A DNA stretch of 43,767 bases. It comes from Craspedostauros australis (taxonomy: Eukaryota). The DNA lies in NCBI GenBank assembly GCA_030167865.1, contig JALAGF010006491.1, forward strand, positions 1 through 43,767. The letters are read 5' to 3'. Below the pieces are notes generated by a model. The model ran no database searches. It was given only the letters and a program-made list of their open reading frames with translations, and was not told the origin of the DNA. Each line of letters opens with the position of its first letter. Position 1 is the stretch's first letter. Positions 41,801-43,767 of this stretch are shown here, piece after piece. The position numbers were made by a program, and so were the translations under genes.

Positions 41801-43767
41801 GATCCGCTGATCGCACCCATCCATGACGTCGTGCACGAGTTCGTCAACGAAATGCAAGCTCGGCCAGGTGGTCCCAATGATCCAGGAGTGGACGGCGCTG
41901 CCGATGAACAGGAACCGGAGCAGGAAGGACGCCGCACTCGTGGAGGACCGCGACCTGACTATGCCAGGCTGCACAACGTGGGCACCACCGACACAGGAGC
42001 CCATGCAACGATGGTGCAGGTGTCAACCAATGCGGAGGACAAAGTCTGCGATGAGAAGGTGGGATACACTCTTCTCACCGAGCAGATGAATTGGAAGAGA
42101 GGCCTCAAGCTGTTCAACGAACGCGGAGAGGATGCAATCAGCAAGGAGCTGAAGCAAGTGCATGACATGGAAGGATTTGAGCCAAAGCATTGGCATCAGC
42201 TCTCCAAGGACGAGCGTCGCAAGTCGCTGCGATACCTCATGTATCTGAAGGAGAAGCGCACCGGTCTCATCAAGGGACGGGGGTGTGCGGACGGCCGACC
42301 ACAGCGGCTGTACATGACCAAGGAGGAAACCAGCTCCCCCACCGTCTCCCTGCTCGGACTGATGCTCACATGCATTGTCGATGCACACGAAGGGAGAGAC
42401 GTTGCCACCGCCGACGTCCCCGGAGCATTCCTTCAGACCACTTTTGACAAAGGCGAGATCGTGCATGTCCTCATTGAAGGACGCATGGCTGAGCTACTTG
42501 CCAAGATCGCTCCTGATGTGTACAAGAAATACGTCAACCAGAAGCGAGGACAATCGTCCATCTACGTGCAGCTGACGAAGGCGCTGTACGGAACCCTCAA
42601 GGCCGCACTTCAGTGGTGGAAGGATCTGACGACCACCCTCGTGGAAGATGGATTCACCATCAACCCATACGATTGGTGCGTGGCCAACAAGGACGTCAAC
42701 GGCAGCCAATGTACTGTCGTCTGGCATGTCGACGACCTGAAGATCTCTCACAAGGACAGCTCGGTCGTCGACGATGTGCTCCAGATGCTCAGCGAGGCAT
42801 ATGGCAAGCACAGCCCGCTCGCTGTCACCAGAGGCAAGGTCCATGACTATCTTGGCATGCAACTGGACTTCTCCAATCCCGATCAGGTGCAGATTGGCAT
42901 GAGCGAGTACATCAATGGCATTCTCGAAGGAGTACCGGCAAACATGCATGGCAAAGCCACCACGCCAGCAGCTGAGCATCTGCTCGACATCAACGAGAAC
43001 AACCCAGTCAAGCTGGATCAGGAGACAGCCGATCTGTTCCACCACACCGTGGCCAAGCTGCTGTTTCTGTGCAAGCGTGCACGACCAGACCTGCAGACCG
43101 CAGTCGCATTCCTGTGCACTCGTGTCAAGGCACCTGACGAGGATGACTACAAGAAGCTCACCCGCGTTATCAAGTATCTCCGTTCCACCAAGGATATGAC
43201 TCTCACTCTTGGAGGGTCCTCGCTCGAGAATGTGCAGTGGTGGGTCGACGGATCCTTTGGCGTGCATGGCGACATGCGCAGCCACACTGGAGCACACATG
43301 TCCACCGGGGCCGGCACCATCTACGGCGTGTCGACCAAGCAGAAGCTGAACACCAAGAGCTCAACGGAAGCCGAGCTCGTTGCCGTGGACGACGTGATGC
43401 CGCAAGTGCTCTGGACTCGATACTTCCTCGAGGAGCAAGGCATCAAGGTGGAGCCAACCACCATCCATCAGGACAATCAAAGCACCATGTTGCTTGAGAA
43501 CAACGGCAGGGGCTCAAGCGGCAAGAAGACGCGTCATATCAGTATGCGCTATTTCTTCGTCAGCGACAGGATCAACAAAGGACAGATCTGTGTCAAATAC
43601 TGCCCGACCGACGACATGATCGGCGATTTCTTCACCAAGCCAGTGCAGGGATCCAAGTTCCGCAAGTTCCGTGATCTCATCCTCAACCGCACAGAAGCCA
43701 ATCCAACCAAGGCCAAGACCTACAAGCAGGCCCTCATTGGATCGAAGGAGTGTGTTGGTGCAGTAGA
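38831..43767 (+). CDS. Copia gag-pol polyprotein, single frame, >=1645 aa, no stop within window (absent from ORF track)
   Basis: Translated by hand from ATG 38831 (MSKETKPNP...). Gag: LILGQCT, DPLKLL, FLEGADQGRYGKL, NNYP. Protease: WLLDNQSTVDIF (D 39965). Integrase: GPDLGSLKGKT, VDIMKV (D 40613), EHVPAVERYIRTIKER (E 40874). RT: KGRGCADGRPQ, SSPTV, DVPGAFLQ, KALYG, WHVDDL (42722). RNase H: WVDGSF, SSTEAELVA, QDNQST, DMIGDFFTKP. Confidence 0.95.
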   Translation, partial: MSKETKPNPTKPKGGVGKANNQHRRYPTPRKSTFAGACDALDGRIFDCSASRTKQVLQYTKTLDAIVIYAGTTYSPYVRKALDNMEPTTFDPPARYANDADDYTKDLWRAQYRMYSARVENYSTKMMEVYALILGQCTDLMRSRLTESTGFAAAKSAQDPLKLLEVIKNVSFDINSSENIAVTIYKAIKAFYAIRQTPHQPLLEYYETFLSQIEVNKSIDANLTGHDGLNDMAVELSAHDELTDDNRANIHAIRRERFLAVAFLEGADQGRYGKLVETLHNDYLLGSNNYPSGVTDAYKMLENFQNNPKYNSEPGGPSNKGAAFATVNGANSKPAGTDASTLVTAGAPHGANDEGDHNYHNYALNQSPNPIPDTWWLLDNQSTVDIFADGGYLYDIHEVDEYLTVHCNAGTATTNLMGTLPGYGAVWYHPDGVANILSLSNIKDRFRITFDSAGDNRFIIHKPDGTTKAFEESSSGLYYHDTTVYRGSVLVTTVAGNKSKFSSIDYSRAQLARSVQQRIGRPSTRNYIKYVNNNMIQNCPVTSKDIRNAELIFGPDLGSLKGKTARTTSPQVQAEITALPFSILRQYQEVTLSVDIMKVNKIPFLVTIAKHIKLGTAHKLDSESSTSITKSIMMIVRVYQQRGFKVVMVLTNNQFEPIRGALAAAGTALNVTARDEHVPAVERYIRTIKERTRSMYNALPFKQYPPGLLIEMVYTAVYWLNMFPHHDGISKRMSPAEIVVGRKLDFHKHCKAEFGTYVQTHEQHDNSMHPRTIAALALRPSGNDQGSYHFYSLLTGRILHRNNWTELPMPDAVIKHVHDLAKQKKGQNDIVFTDSHDNIVMLPTIGATKDDPNDADYDPDDESEASEESLDADIESDEDSNDDDSDGDDADDDDPNDADYDPADESEASDDPLELYVGAEGGNDDDDEEEEEEEDEEADDSGSDDDSTFVPSDADEDDHDDDHDPDAAGLEQEEAGALLPAKETMDQPAIDPLIAPIHDVVHEFVNEMQARPGGPNDPGVDGAADEQEPEQEGRRTRGGPRPDYARLHNVGTTDTGAHATMVQVSTNAEDKVCDEKVGYTLLTEQMNWKRGLKLFNERGEDAISKELKQVHDMEGFEPKHWHQLSKDERRKSLRYLMYLKEKRTGLIKGRGCADGRPQRLYMTKEETSSPTVSLLGLMLTCIVDAHEGRDVATADVPGAFLQTTFDKGEIVHVLIEGRMAELLAKIAPDVYKKYVNQKRGQSSIYVQLTKALYGTLKAALQWWKDLTTTLVEDGFTINPYDWCVANKDVNGSQCTVVWHVDDLKISHKDSSVVDDVLQMLSEAYGKHSPLAVTRGKVHDYLGMQLDFSNPDQVQIGMSEYINGILEGVPANMHGKATTPAAEHLLDINENNPVKLDQETADLFHHTVAKLLFLCKRARPDLQTAVAFLCTRVKAPDEDDYKKLTRVIKYLRSTKDMTLTLGGSSLENVQWWVDGSFGVHGDMRSHTGAHMSTGAGTIYGVSTKQKLNTKSSTEAELVAVDDVMPQVLWTRYFLEEQGIKVEPTTIHQDNQSTMLLENNGRGSSGKKTRHISMRYFFVSDRINKGQICVKYCPTDDMIGDFFTKPVQGSKFRKFRDLILNRTEANPTKAKTYKQALIGSKECVGAV
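43744..43752 (+). promoter_or_regulatory. Polypurine tract (plus-strand primer)
   Basis: GAAGGAGTG directly abuts the 3' LTR start TGTTG at 43753. Confidence 0.7.
43753..43767 (+). repeat. Start of 3' LTR (truncated by window end)
   Basis: 15/15 identity to 38498-38512. Confidence 0.92.

Larger units (their letters stand above)
38498..43767 (+). mobile_element. Ty1/Copia LTR retrotransposon (diatom CoDi-like), 3' LTR cut by window end
   Basis: The first 15 bp of the 5' LTR (TGTTGGTGCAGTAGA at 38498) recur exactly at 43753-43767 after a purine-rich tract. Domain order PR-IN-RT-RH is Copia-type. Candidate 5-bp TSD CATCC at 38493-38497. Confidence 0.96.

Overview
Eukaryotic nuclear DNA, very probably from a diatom. 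The evidence is ASAFAP-type bipartite plastid presequences, GT-AG introns of 213-249 bp and a CoDi-type Copia element. Positions 1-~4260 (with a 50-N gap) and ~6120-6730 are strongly CpG-depleted, decayed repeat-like DNA. A gene-dense block follows: a plastid-targeted unknown protein, a 2OG-Fe(II) oxygenase, a 3-exon secreted trypsin with two tandem C-terminal domains, a PPR protein, a plastid-targeted protein of six 44-aa repeats, GRWD1/RRB1, a 1507-aa disordered protein, an SH3 protein, a 2-exon Cys-rich/mucin-like surface protein and a VKORC1-like gene. The window ends in a young Ty1/Copia LTR retrotransposon: 5' LTR 38498-38797, an unbroken gag-pol ORF from 38831 that the ORF track missed because it has no stop in the window, and the 3' LTR starting at 43753. 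The most striking signal is that the element's primer-binding site has no tRNA-CCA signature and is perfectly complementary (16 bp) to a sequence inside its own LTR. That is the architecture of Tf1-type self-primed reverse transcription, here in a Copia element whose Gag also lacks a CCHC zinc knuckle. All calls come from reading motifs by eye; no database searches were run.
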